A stretch of DNA of 56,253 nt from a virus (Duplodnaviria > Caudoviricetes), in the IMG/VR virus record IMGVR_UViG_3300030451_004176, positions 1 through 56,253 of that record; one strand, 5' to 3'. This document shows positions 1-9,322 of this stretch, piece after piece. A program made the translations under genes and the position numbers. Position 1 is the stretch's first letter. Every line of letters starts with the position of its first letter. Below the pieces are notes generated by a model. The model searched no databases. It had not been told where the DNA came from and saw only the letters and a program-made list of their open reading frames with translations.

Positions 1-266
1 CTTAATATTCCAGCAGATAAAGCATTTAATTGAACTAAATAACACCTTCCAGAAAGATTAGCATCTTTAGAAACTATTGCACTTGAACTTGAACTTGAGC
101 TTTTAAACCAGCCTGAAATACTAAAACTATCTGTAAATTGTAATTCTGTAGGATTGCCACAATTTATATACTCACTCCCATCAAAGGTTAGCCCATAGTT
201 ATCATTCTTACTACTATTCTCTTGGTTAGGTAATCTCCAGTTGCTTGCTATGTATTTTGTACTCAT
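1..266 (-). CDS. N-terminal part of a LamG/ConA-like fibre protein (runs off left edge)
   Basis: Not in the ORF track. Read manually as MSTKYIASNWRLPNQENSSKNDNYGLTFDGSEYINCG...FSISGWFK, open to position 1; paralogous to the N-terminus of 1924..5610. Confidence 0.85.
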   Translation of the reverse strand, partial: MSTKYIASNWRLPNQENSSKNDNYGLTFDGSEYINCGNPTELQFTDSFSISGWFKSSSSSSSAIVSKDANLSGRCYLVQLNALSAGIL

Positions 267-269
267 AAT

Positions 270-1217
270 TTAATCTCCTAATCTGTTCCAGTATTGTAAT
301 GAACTTGAATTTGTATAATTTCCTGTATCTGTGCTTAAATCTAATGCCTTGCCTGTGTTGTTGTTAGTAGCATTGTAAATCTCTGTAACTGCATCTGAAG
401 AAAGTGCTGTATTCCAAATGGCTACTTCATCTATCTTGCCATCCCATTCTGCTGTAGTTCCTCCACTATATATATAAGCTCCTATTACACCATTGCCATC
501 ACTATTATATAATTGGCTTGGATTAGTTCCTCCACCTGTGGAAAGTGTTTGTGCTACTCCATCTAAATAAATTTTAATTTTATCAACGTGTCCTGACTGT
601 GTACCATCATAAGTAAATGCAAGATGACGCCAACCATTTTTATAAAATACTTCTCCTGATGTTCTAACATATCCAACAGATGATGAATTTGCTCTAATAC
701 CTACCATTAACCCTATAGGTGATACACTACCTCCTAAATTATTTAATGTAAAATCAAAATGACCAGCATTATCTGCATTGTCCATTATTATACGCTGATT
801 TATAACTGTGCCATCCCAATAAACCCAAGCACTTACTGTCATAGCTGTTTGATTATTTAAGAAAGGCAGCCCACCTAATGCAACATAATTAGTTCCATCA
901 AATTCCATAGAATAGGTATTAACCAAGAATGGAGAAGCTGTAATACCTACTGTTTGGTTTGCTTGTACACCTCCAACAGTATAAGTTATTATATGACTAT
1001 CTATAGTAGAAGCGCTTAAATCAATCTGCCCTGTAGAGCTTGCTGTATTTGTTCCACTATCTACAAAAATAGTTCCAGTAGTACCTACAAAAACACCTCC
1101 TGGAGTTCCTGTAATTGTAGGAGTAGGATCAGCTTCATCTTGATGATAAGAACTCTTAGCATAACTAAATGCAGCCGAAGTTAAAACATTTAAAAGGCTG
1201 TGGTAGTGTCTGGACAT
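270..1217 (-). CDS. LamG/ConA-like virion fibre protein with N-terminal Ig-like segment
   Basis: YSMEFDG, TVSAWV, WRHLAFTYDG, GKIDEVAIWNTALS motifs; ends YWNRLGD. Confidence 0.85.
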   Translation of the reverse strand: MSRHYHSLLNVLTSAAFSYAKSSYHQDEADPTPTITGTPGGVFVGTTGTIFVDSGTNTASSTGQIDLSASTIDSHIITYTVGGVQANQTVGITASPFLVNTYSMEFDGTNYVALGGLPFLNNQTAMTVSAWVYWDGTVINQRIIMDNADNAGHFDFTLNNLGGSVSPIGLMVGIRANSSSVGYVRTSGEVFYKNGWRHLAFTYDGTQSGHVDKIKIYLDGVAQTLSTGGGTNPSQLYNSDGNGVIGAYIYSGGTTAEWDGKIDEVAIWNTALSSDAVTEIYNATNNNTGKALDLSTDTGNYTNSSSLQYWNRLGD

Positions 1218-1226
1218 AATACAAAA

Positions 1227-1634
1227 TTATGTAGATACTATCCAATACTCTACTCTAGTTCCACCCGCCCATTCTGCAAAAATGAGATTCAAAGCTGATG
1301 TGGTATATGTTCCACTTCCTATTAAAACCCACCCTGCTGGTACAGTAGGACCTGTGCCTGCATTGTGATAAATTTTTTGAACTATTCCTAACTGTGCGCC
1401 AGTTAAATCATTAGTGATGTTTCCTGTTGCAGGTGCTGATGAAGTATTGTATATTTCAGTTTGTGTAAAGCTAATTGCAGTTCCTGTAGTTTGAACAGCA
1501 GGTTCAACCGATGCTCTTATATCTGAAATAGTATATACTGGAGCCGTAGCATTAGCTTGACTAGACCTTCTATTAAGATCATCATTACTTGTAGGTATTC
1601 CTTGAAATTTTGTTCCTGTTGGTATTGTTGCCAT
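1227..1634 (-). CDS. putative virion fibre adaptor protein
   Basis: 135 aa, T/G-rich beta-type sequence lying between LamG genes. Confidence 0.55.
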   Translation of the reverse strand: MATIPTGTKFQGIPTSNDDLNRRSSQANATAPVYTISDIRASVEPAVQTTGTAISFTQTEIYNTSSAPATGNITNDLTGAQLGIVQKIYHNAGTGPTVPAGWVLIGSGTYTTSALNLIFAEWAGGTRVEYWIVST

Positions 1635-1646
1635 TGTATTATTTTT

Positions 1647-1895
1647 TTATTCTTCTGGTTCTGGTGCTGTCCACTCTGGAGTAGCTAATAACGCGAGGGC
1701 CTCTTCGTGATTAAGGGTAGATACAGGAACTAAAATTCCATTGGTTATAAAGCTAGGTTCTACTTGGTATGAAAGCATACTTTGAGAGTTAGCTACATTT
1801 CGTCTCATTGTCTGTGAACTTGTTGTATTGATCTGACTAAAATCTACTAAAGAAGTTTGCGTTTGAATATCTATTACTATGTAAGTTGTTGCCAT
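1647..1895 (-). CDS. small LamG-cassette-associated protein (paralog of 54705..54956)
   Basis: Both share TY.II.I...DFSQ(I/V)...TxR.NV..SQ....Y...P.FI..G...P..T.NH...L.L..T..W..PE. Confidence 0.75.
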   Translation of the reverse strand: MATTYIVIDIQTQTSLVDFSQINTTSSQTMRRNVANSQSMLSYQVEPSFITNGILVPVSTLNHEEALALLATPEWTAPEPEE

Positions 1896-1923
1896 TATTT
1901 AGTTTTTTACAAATTTAATAAAA

Positions 1924-4900
1924 TTAAGGGACATTTGTAGAACGTCCTGAGTTTGCTGGATTAGTTACCCCATCAGCGTAGTCACCCATATTAATGCTAT
2001 ATGCGTTTTTATCACTGCTAGACATATTACCTTTTAAATCTGCAATGGTTAAATTAGTTCCAGTTCCACTAGCTTCTGAACCAGGTGCGTTACCTACTAA
2101 ATCATCTACGTTACCTGTATTAGCTCCTTGTCCATCATTACTATTTTCAAGATCTCTAACCACCCAATCCGTTCCATCATAATAAGAACTATGCTCATCT
2201 AACGGCCACCAAGCCATTGGAGTTATTCTAAAGTTATTTAAATCTTGCGTAATACCATTGTTATATAAATTTATAATATCGTCTGATGAAAGAGCAGAAT
2301 CCCATATAGCTACATTAGATATTTCACCGTTATAAAAATTACCTACAACTCCAGTACTTGCATTCATTCCTGCGCCTATAATTAAAGGATCTGTAGAATC
2401 AATGTTACCAGTTGTATCAGTTTGAGTACTTACTAATGACCCATCTAAATAAAGCTTTATATTTCCACTTTCTCTAACTCCTACTACGTGATGCCAATTT
2501 CCATCTGCTACAGAACCTGAACTTTGTGCAGGTGTTGTTGGTGAAGAATTATCATCTAAAGCAAATCCAACTTTTTCACTAGAATCTAAATATAAAATAT
2601 ATGCTTTTCCTCCAGTACTAAATCCACCATTTATTACTAAATCCGCAACACTAACTACGTTTTGTGTAGTTTTAAACCAACAAGAAACACTACCATTTCC
2701 TGTACCCCAATTTAAAGAAGTATCATTACCACAATCAAAATAATCAGATTGAGCTGAATCAAAATTAAAACTATAGTTACTATACGGCTGTGTTCTAGTT
2801 AAATTACTAGTCACTAAGTTTGTAGTGTTCATACCTACGCTCTCACCATTTAACACAGAAACATTATTGTTTACTAAATTTTGTTCTGTCATCCCTGAAC
2901 TTAAAGCACTTTCTGCTGATACTGGTACATTGTCTACAATTATTGTAGAAGAATTAGCAATGCTTTGAATAGAAACTGAATTACCAGATTTATCATATAA
3001 ACCACCGCCAATAGTTTCTGTTTTATTTTCTAAAGTATTCCAAAGAAGCATACTTGAATTTTGTGGTATAGATTCTTTAGTTAACAAAGGTGTTCCATTG
3101 TTATATAATGTTGTTAATTCACTTGGTGTTAATGCTTTGTTCCAATATATAACATTTGACATTCTCATACCGTTAGCAGAACCATTACCATCTCTTATAG
3201 ATTGATTGTAATTTCTTGAGCCGCCTATATAAGGATTTAAATCGTACACTGTTCCTGTAGCTGATAAAGAATCAACTTCTTCATTATTGACATATGCTTT
3301 TATTACACTACCATTATAAGTCACTGTTAATAACCTCCATCCTACAGTAGGTGTACTAATATTCCCAAAATACAAGTTATTATTAACAAAACCTCCAGCA
3401 CCATCATTTGTTCTTAAAAGAATACTAACATTTGGTGCACCGCTTCTACTAACATTTACATAAAAGTTATAAGCCACATTATCACGGCTACCAAGTACTC
3501 TATCAAATGAGTTTATTGAATTATCGTGTAAATACCAAAACGATACAGTTAATTCTGGTTCGTTAATTAAGTTAAAGTTGTCATATGTTATAGCGTTATT
3601 ATTAGCAAATAATAAACACTTATCTACTGAAGCTGGGTATTTTTGATTTTCAACCAGCCAAGCTTCATATAAATTTTGAGTTTGGGAAGCATCTGGTTTT
3701 AGGTAAGTTTCTGTATTATCAAGTTTGTACCACGCTTTTAGGTTATCAGTGGCTATAGCAGTTGTTAAGGGTACTCCGTTGTTGTATAGTGTTTCTACTG
3801 AATCTGCACCTGTTGCTGGTAGTGAACTATTAAAAAGCATTACGTTGCTCATTTTGCCATCCCATTCATATGTACTATATTTTCCAATAATTAAATCACC
3901 ACTACCAGAAGGAATTGAAGTAGGAATAGAACCTAATGTAGTGAAAGCAACATAATTACCATCAGCGTAAACTTTTAATCTATCTGCATCAGTTGCACCA
4001 TTTCCGTCATAAACAATTGCAATATGCAACCATTTTTCTTCCCCAAGTGTTCCAAATTTACCAAGTGACCACGTACCTGCTATTTGACCAATGGCACTAC
4101 CTATCTTTACGTAAAATCGACCGCCACTTCCAGACCAGAAATAAAATCCAAAATTATCAACAGTACTTGTATAGGCAAGACCACTTTGTTGGTTTAATGA
4201 TGTAGGATTAACCCAAACTGAATAAGTTAAATTTGTATAGTTATCAACGTTAAGATTAGTATTTATAAAGTCATTACTCCCATCAAAATCAAAACTCTGT
4301 GGATATGCTGAAACTGCATCTGGTATCTGCCAATTGCCTGAACTATCTGCTTCCCAGTTTGCAGATTGGTCTAACTTATACCAAGCTTTTAGATTAGCTT
4401 CTTGAGGTTGTGTTCCTGTTAATGGCACTCCTGAATTGTAAAGTGTAGTAACTTCTGAAGCTAATAACTCTGTATCCCAAATTTGAACATTTGAAAGTTC
4501 TCCTTCAAAATAATGACCATTATAATCTCCATATCTACCTATAGTATAATTTTGTGTTCCTGCTGTACCAGCACTAATTGATGATGTATAAGTTCGTACT
4601 AAAGAACCATCTAAATAAAGTTTTTGACTTGTTCCATTAATTGCTAATGTTATATTATGCCAATTGTTATCATATGCAGCAGAAATATTATAGCTTGATA
4701 AATCATACCAAGAGGAACTGCCATTACCCATAATAGCAAAAAAGAAATTTTGATAAAAACCTAATTGTGCTCTTTGACTTCTTGATTGACCTGCTGAATT
4801 AGCATCAGCAAGAATAATTGAATCAGCTGCTGGTGCTGAAGCTATTTTAAACCAAGCAGAAAAACTATAAGCTGTTTCTGTTCCTATTTGAAAATTTGTA

Positions 4901-5610
4901 TTTACATAATCATTCCCATCAAACTCAAAAACACTATCTGCTCCAACTGAAATGTTAGGATAACCAGCATTTGAATTTGGATTTGAGTTGTCACCTAGTG
5001 GCCAATACGCTACAGGTTCTGCACCTGTTATAGCCATTGGATTGTTTAAGTTGTATAGGTAATTTCTTTGATCAGTAGATAATGTATAATCAAAAAAACA
5101 TACTTGTGAAATTTTACCACTAAAAGTTGCTGTTGTACTATGATATTTTCCTATTCTGAATGGATGTGTAGTGTTTAAAACTGTACCTGTTAGTGATGCT
5201 GTATCTTTTAAAACACCATCTAAATATACTTTAACATTAGTACCATCATAAACACCTATTACATTATACCAATTTCCTGTACTCCAGTCAGAAGTATTAA
5301 TATAAGTTGATACAGCAGTTTGGCTGCTATTTCTAACAACAAATCTTATATTACCACTTGTTTCAAGATTTAATGCAAAACTTCTATCTGTACCGCTTAA
5401 CCATTTTCCTAAAATACCTCTATCTTGACTTTTTAAATCAGAGTTAAACCAGCAAGAAAAAGAAAAAGAAGTTAAATCATCAAACAAAGATGGACTACCG
5501 CAGTCTATATAATCAGTACTTCCATTAAAGTTTATGCTATAATTACTTAACTTATCTTTGTTAGTGTTTCTTGGCATTCGCCACATTGGTGCTATATAAT
5601 TTGTACTCAT
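1924..5610 (-). CDS. five-LamG-domain virion fibre/adhesin
   Basis: Five repeats of FxFDG...S.W...W.H....DG...G.ISNV..W...L...LYN.G.P...W(Y/W).L(D/G). Confidence 0.9.
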   Translation of the reverse strand: MSTNYIAPMWRMPRNTNKDKLSNYSINFNGSTDYIDCGSPSLFDDLTSFSFSCWFNSDLKSQDRGILGKWLSGTDRSFALNLETSGNIRFVVRNSSQTAVSTYINTSDWSTGNWYNVIGVYDGTNVKVYLDGVLKDTASLTGTVLNTTHPFRIGKYHSTTATFSGKISQVCFFDYTLSTDQRNYLYNLNNPMAITGAEPVAYWPLGDNSNPNSNAGYPNISVGADSVFEFDGNDYVNTNFQIGTETAYSFSAWFKIASAPAADSIILADANSAGQSRSQRAQLGFYQNFFFAIMGNGSSSWYDLSSYNISAAYDNNWHNITLAINGTSQKLYLDGSLVRTYTSSISAGTAGTQNYTIGRYGDYNGHYFEGELSNVQIWDTELLASEVTTLYNSGVPLTGTQPQEANLKAWYKLDQSANWEADSSGNWQIPDAVSAYPQSFDFDGSNDFINTNLNVDNYTNLTYSVWVNPTSLNQQSGLAYTSTVDNFGFYFWSGSGGRFYVKIGSAIGQIAGTWSLGKFGTLGEEKWLHIAIVYDGNGATDADRLKVYADGNYVAFTTLGSIPTSIPSGSGDLIIGKYSTYEWDGKMSNVMLFNSSLPATGADSVETLYNNGVPLTTAIATDNLKAWYKLDNTETYLKPDASQTQNLYEAWLVENQKYPASVDKCLLFANNNAITYDNFNLINEPELTVSFWYLHDNSINSFDRVLGSRDNVAYNFYVNVSRSGAPNVSILLRTNDGAGGFVNNNLYFGNISTPTVGWRLLTVTYNGSVIKAYVNNEEVDSLSATGTVYDLNPYIGGSRNYNQSIRDGNGSANGMRMSNVIYWNKALTPSELTTLYNNGTPLLTKESIPQNSSMLLWNTLENKTETIGGGLYDKSGNSVSIQSIANSSTIIVDNVPVSAESALSSGMTEQNLVNNNVSVLNGESVGMNTTNLVTSNLTRTQPYSNYSFNFDSAQSDYFDCGNDTSLNWGTGNGSVSCWFKTTQNVVSVADLVINGGFSTGGKAYILYLDSSEKVGFALDDNSSPTTPAQSSGSVADGNWHHVVGVRESGNIKLYLDGSLVSTQTDTTGNIDSTDPLIIGAGMNASTGVVGNFYNGEISNVAIWDSALSSDDIINLYNNGITQDLNNFRITPMAWWPLDEHSSYYDGTDWVVRDLENSNDGQGANTGNVDDLVGNAPGSEASGTGTNLTIADLKGNMSSSDKNAYSINMGDYADGVTNPANSGRSTNVP

Positions 5611-5612
5611 AA

Positions 5613-6290
5613 TTAATCTCCCATTCTATACCAGGCAGCAGGTGCGCCTTCAGGTGTTTCACTTAAATCAGCTACCTTACCAGGATTATTTGCTGTGGCA
5701 TTGTATATAGCTTGTATTGTTTCTTCAGAAAGTTTTGTGCTCCAAATAGCTGCCTCATCAAGCTTACCAAGAAAAAAGTTACCTGTACCATTATAAGAAC
5801 CTATATGTAAATCCCTACTTGCTGCCTTAGTTCTTGTTGAACCTACTATTGTTTCTGTAAGTTGCCCATCAAAAAATTGCTTAATTGTATTTGTTGATTC
5901 TTCATATGTGAAAGCTATATGATGCCAAGTGTTTGTTGTAAGTCCTACAACGTTATAACCAGTATCAGCACTTAGTGTTCTTGTTTTTCTAAATGTTCTT
6001 ACACTACCATATCTATTAATAGAAATATCAAATCCAGCGATTGTAGAAGAACCAGAATTACCAAAAAAATAATCTGTATTTGTTCTTGTGTTTGATGTAT
6101 TAACCCAAATACAAGCTGACACATCTCCATTATCTAGATCTTGAAAAAGCCCAGCATTAAACGTACTAGCCACACCATCAAACTCCATTGAAAAACTATT
6201 ATCAATAGCAGTGTAAGCAAATGCACCACCGCCAGCGCCAGGTGTTGACTTAAATATAGTCGCTATGCCTACACCAATTGTTGTAAACAT
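5613..6290 (-). CDS. single-LamG head-fibre protein with N-terminal IGVGI docking peptide
   Basis: LamG motifs; ends WYRMGD; directly follows the spike-base-like gene. Confidence 0.8.
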   Translation of the reverse strand: MFTTIGVGIATIFKSTPGAGGGAFAYTAIDNSFSMEFDGVASTFNAGLFQDLDNGDVSACIWVNTSNTRTNTDYFFGNSGSSTIAGFDISINRYGSVRTFRKTRTLSADTGYNVVGLTTNTWHHIAFTYEESTNTIKQFFDGQLTETIVGSTRTKAASRDLHIGSYNGTGNFFLGKLDEAAIWSTKLSEETIQAIYNATANNPGKVADLSETPEGAPAAWYRMGD

Positions 6291-6767
6291 TTACCAAAGA
6301 GCTATGAAGTCAGCTGCAGTTGCAGTACCAGTGGCTTTTACAACTTTAGTCTGTACAGGTAAAAAAGAAGCGTTTGCGATGTTTTTAAATAAAACAGTGT
6401 TTTCGTCTGCAGTAAATAGGTTAACGTCTCCCCCTGTGCCCACAAATATGATGCAAGGTTCTTTAGCTACTTGACTATATATGATGTAAGCTTTAGAAGT
6501 TCCCGTAAATATATCTGCACTTAAAGTAAGTGTAGTGTCATTGTCTACTGCTTTAACTATTGCATAAGACCCGTCTGTACTATTTTCTACAATGTATCCA
6601 GTTTCTACTGTAGTTGTAAAACTAGTTCCAGAAGCCACTAACTTATTAGATGTAACAGAAGCGTTAGTCCCTGATGTAGCTATTCGAGAAGGATCTGGAT
6701 AAGCATTGATGTTATCCGTAGCAAATACTTTTAATGCTCTTGATGTTTGTAATTTTTGATATGCCAT
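6291..6767 (-). CDS. capsid vertex spike-base protein (RcGTA Rcc01079-like) with inserted beta domain
   Basis: C-terminal IFVGTGGDV...VLFKNIANASFLPVQTKVVKATGTATAADFIALW matches the family pattern as I recall it. Confidence 0.7.
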   Translation of the reverse strand: MAYQKLQTSRALKVFATDNINAYPDPSRIATSGTNASVTSNKLVASGTSFTTTVETGYIVENSTDGSYAIVKAVDNDTTLTLSADIFTGTSKAYIIYSQVAKEPCIIFVGTGGDVNLFTADENTVLFKNIANASFLPVQTKVVKATGTATAADFIALW

Positions 6768-6770
6768 TTT

Positions 6771-6929
6771 TTATTCTTTTGTAAAAGGATATTTTCGATT
6801 TAATGTATCTCGTCTTTCTTCACATCCACACGGTTTTCCTGTCATTTTAGAAACTGCTTTTACTCCAGCTTTTACTCCAGTAACCGTTGTGGCGAGATTA
6901 ATCACATCTCCTAATCCTTTCATTTTCAT
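6771..6929 (-). CDS. small hypothetical protein with GLGD...CGC motif
   Basis: Manual translation: MKMKGLGDVINLATTVTGVKAGVKAVSKMTGKPCGCEERRDTLNRKYPFTKE; tightly packed in the operon. Confidence 0.7.
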   Translation of the reverse strand: MKMKGLGDVINLATTVTGVKAGVKAVSKMTGKPCGCEERRDTLNRKYPFTKE

Positions 6930-6933
6930 ATTA

Positions 6934-7089
6934 TTACTTTTTAAACGCTAGTAAAAATTCTCTTGCAGCGACACCAAAAGCAAAGCCCCCATATAATGGG
7001 TGAGATTCTAAAATCATCAGTGCCCCAATCCCAACTGCACAAGCAGACTTAAATATGGGGTGTGCTATAATTAATGATATTTTTTTCAT
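6934..7089 (-). CDS. small membrane protein
   Basis: Manual translation, 51 aa with two hydrophobic stretches; start overlaps the upstream stop. Confidence 0.6.
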   Translation of the reverse strand: MKKISLIIAHPIFKSACAVGIGALMILESHPLYGGFAFGVAAREFLLAFKK

Positions 7090-7304
7090 TTTTTTATTAA
7101 TTTTCCTATATGTGATTTTACGCTTTTAGGGTAGTGCTTGTCTTCTTTCATTGAATGATCTCCAGAGTAAGCGTGACCTGTTAGATGTTTAGAATCTCCT
7201 TTAGATTCGTCTCTTCTAGCTTTCAAATCTTGCTTGTACTTTTTTCCTTTATGCTTCATTCCTAAAGACTCGTCTAATCTGTCGTTGTAACCTTGGTGTT
7301 TCAT
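7086..7304 (-). CDS. small basic hypothetical protein
   Basis: 72 aa, K/H-rich, in operon. Confidence 0.65.
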   Translation of the reverse strand: MKHQGYNDRLDESLGMKHKGKKYKQDLKARRDESKGDSKHLTGHAYSGDHSMKEDKHYPKSVKSHIGKLIKK

Positions 7305-7307
7305 TTT

Positions 7308-7415
7308 TTATTTTTTATATGGGTTTGATATTTTAACTAAAGTTTTTTTTGGTTTTATTGTTTTAACTCCACTCTTAACATATTGCTTAGAGGTTTTTTT
7401 TAATGTTTTTGGCAT
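7308..7415 (-). CDS. tiny Lys-rich protein
   Basis: Manual translation: MPKTLKKTSKQYVKSGVKTIKPKKTLVKISNPYKK; fills the gap exactly. Confidence 0.5.
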   Translation of the reverse strand: MPKTLKKTSKQYVKSGVKTIKPKKTLVKISNPYKK

Positions 7416-7420
7416 TTTAT

Positions 7421-7606
7421 TTATTTTTTAAATAAGTTAATATTAGCATTGGCTAGCTCTTGAGCTTCTGCCATCATCTGTACTTTGTCGTACCTTTTCA
7501 TTTGTTTTTTCATTCTAGCTAATTTAGAAATTCCCATTTCTGGTTGTGGTCTTAAATTAACTTCTCGGCCATCAATCATTCCGAGTCCGTCCATAAAATT
7601 TTTCAT
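7421..7606 (-). CDS. hypothetical protein
   Basis: 61 aa, downstream of the TATATTTG box at 7622-7629. Confidence 0.65.
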   Translation of the reverse strand: MKNFMDGLGMIDGREVNLRPQPEMGISKLARMKKQMKRYDKVQMMAEAQELANANINLFKK

Positions 7607-7633
7607 AGTGATTTATTTTTACAAATATACAAA

Positions 7634-7927
7634 TTAATATTTACCCCTTCTTGATTTAGGAGAACTCTTAGTAGATCCTCCTTTGCCAGCCCACAAGTGT
7701 TTACACGCCCAATACCGAGCTGTCAACTTCGATGTAGCCGTGTCACACTTATGTCTAGCTCTAAAACTTGTTCTAGCTGCCTTTGAGTAATTGTGACCGT
7801 ATCCTTTAGCGCCAAAGTGAATTAGCTTTTCTTTACCACCTTGACAAGCTTTTACCATTTTTTTCTTACCAGGTCTTGTGCTAGCACGTACTACATTGCA
7901 CTTCATATTTTTTTTACTCGTAGCCAT
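7634..7927 (-). CDS. basic viral protein (DUF5754-like)
   Basis: STRPGKK...IHFGAKGY...FRARHKC...ARYWA..LW pattern. Confidence 0.65.
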   Translation of the reverse strand: MATSKKNMKCNVVRASTRPGKKKMVKACQGGKEKLIHFGAKGYGHNYSKAARTSFRARHKCDTATSKLTARYWACKHLWAGKGGSTKSSPKSRRGKY

Positions 7928-8331
7928 TACCTTCTTTTTTTCTTTTCTACCTCTACTTCCTTCACAATTATAGTTGGTTTATTTTTTTTGTTCTTTAACT
8001 CTTCCAACTGTCTATTAAGTTCTTCTAGTTTACCATCACTTTCTGATCCTTCTTGAATTAATATAGACAATACTTTTAATTCTTCAAACAAAACATCATC
8101 TACCTGCTCTAACATATCTACTCTTTCTTGAAGATCTTCTATATTTTCTTTATTCCACTCTTCTTTTAGGTCATATTCTAGCCTTTTTACCTCTGTAGGC
8201 GGCAACATCTTTGCTTCTGCAATATCTTCCTGTAATGTATAATACATACCTACAAAAGAAGATGTTATCATTATTATTGCTATTACTGTCTTAATATCTA
8301 TTTTAAATTCTGTCGATTCAGATACCTTCAC
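7927..8331 (-). CDS. membrane-anchored coiled-coil protein
   Basis: N-terminal TM segment followed by a long E/L heptad helix. Confidence 0.65.
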   Translation of the reverse strand: MKVSESTEFKIDIKTVIAIIMITSSFVGMYYTLQEDIAEAKMLPPTEVKRLEYDLKEEWNKENIEDLQERVDMLEQVDDVLFEELKVLSILIQEGSESDGKLEELNRQLEELKNKKNKPTIIVKEVEVEKKKRR

Positions 8332-8333
8332 GA

Positions 8334-8585
8334 TTATGTGTATTTTTTAGTTACTTTACCCTTTTTTGTGTTGGATACATAGGTTTTCCCCTTGCTTCCT
8401 TCTCTTTTCTTTTTCCTTGCAGTAGCTGCTCGTTCTGCTTTTGTCATTGACATAGCTTTTTTATACGGTAAACAACGGTCTGGATTCTTTTTGTCTTTGC
8501 TCGTACCACACTCACCCTTTATAGATCCATCAGTTCCTATACGAACCCAACGTTGTTGTCTCCATTTTTTTAAAGCTCCCATCAA
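8334..8585 (-). CDS. basic viral protein (DUF5872-like)
   Basis: LKKW..Q.WV.I...RCLP.K....MT..E...T..KK pattern. Confidence 0.6.
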   Translation of the reverse strand: MMGALKKWRQQRWVRIGTDGSIKGECGTSKDKKNPDRCLPYKKAMSMTKAERAATARKKKREGSKGKTYVSNTKKGKVTKKYT

Positions 8586-9287
8586 TAACCCATTTCTGTT
8601 TTACCTTTCCCTGGGTTCATTTTTATTGTAGCACCCATTTCTTTATTTAAATTATAAAACTCAACTGCTTGTGGTATTCCCACAGCATTGTATGGAAATT
8701 CTTTTGTTTTCATCTTTCCTGTGTCTCCACATTTATATTTTACTGTTGGCATTTTTTTTCTTTTTTATCATTTTTAATACTTTAAAATCAGCTCCTGTGA
8801 TTTTATCGAAAGGCATAGCTGCTCTTGCAATCTTTCTTTGTGCTTTACTTAACTTACTCATTTCTTCTTTTTTGAAAGTGATTTAATTAGTCTGTCAATT
8901 TTACCTGCTTGAGCTTTATGCATAGCTGATGCTTTTTTTAATTGACTAGATATTTCTCTTAATTTTTTTGCGTCCATTATTTCTTTTTTCTTTTAGCACC
9001 CTTAGCGTAATTAGGATCTTTACAATATTTACTTGCCGCCATATTAGCATATGCACCAGGGTAAGTGTCAAAGGTTCTCTTTGCCCAAGCTATTCCAGCA
9101 GCACAAATTTTATTTTTCTTTTTGGTTTTTTTACGTGCCATATTTACACTTTTAAATGGTTTAATTTACCATTTAATTTATCTTTAGTATCTCCAATAGC
9201 TTTGATAGCTGATTCGCAAACTGCATTAACACATTTTTCTAGTGTTTCTTTTAAAAGAGGCTTGCCGCATTTTTCACATTTGTCCAT
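8582..9287 (-). CDS. five tiny coupled ORFs (8582-8752, 8733-8861, 8858-8977, 8977-9141, 9144-9287)
   Basis: Manually translated 39-56 aa ORFs with overlapping or abutting start/stop codons, mostly Lys-rich; absent from the ORF track. Confidence 0.65.
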
Positions 9288-9322
9288 TATAATTTAGATT
9301 AATTTATTAATTTTACAAAGAT

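Noticed and set aside
260-275. Stop readthrough or frameshift fusing RxGD-ending LamG genes to the next gene
   Set aside because: This junction is in frame (TAA ATT ATG) but the equivalent one at 5608-5615 has a 2-nt spacer. There is no shared recoding signal, and both downstream genes have their own ATG.
1-6290. Diversity-generating retroelement acting on the lectin genes
   Set aside because: No reverse transcriptase and no near-identical template/variable repeat pair seen.
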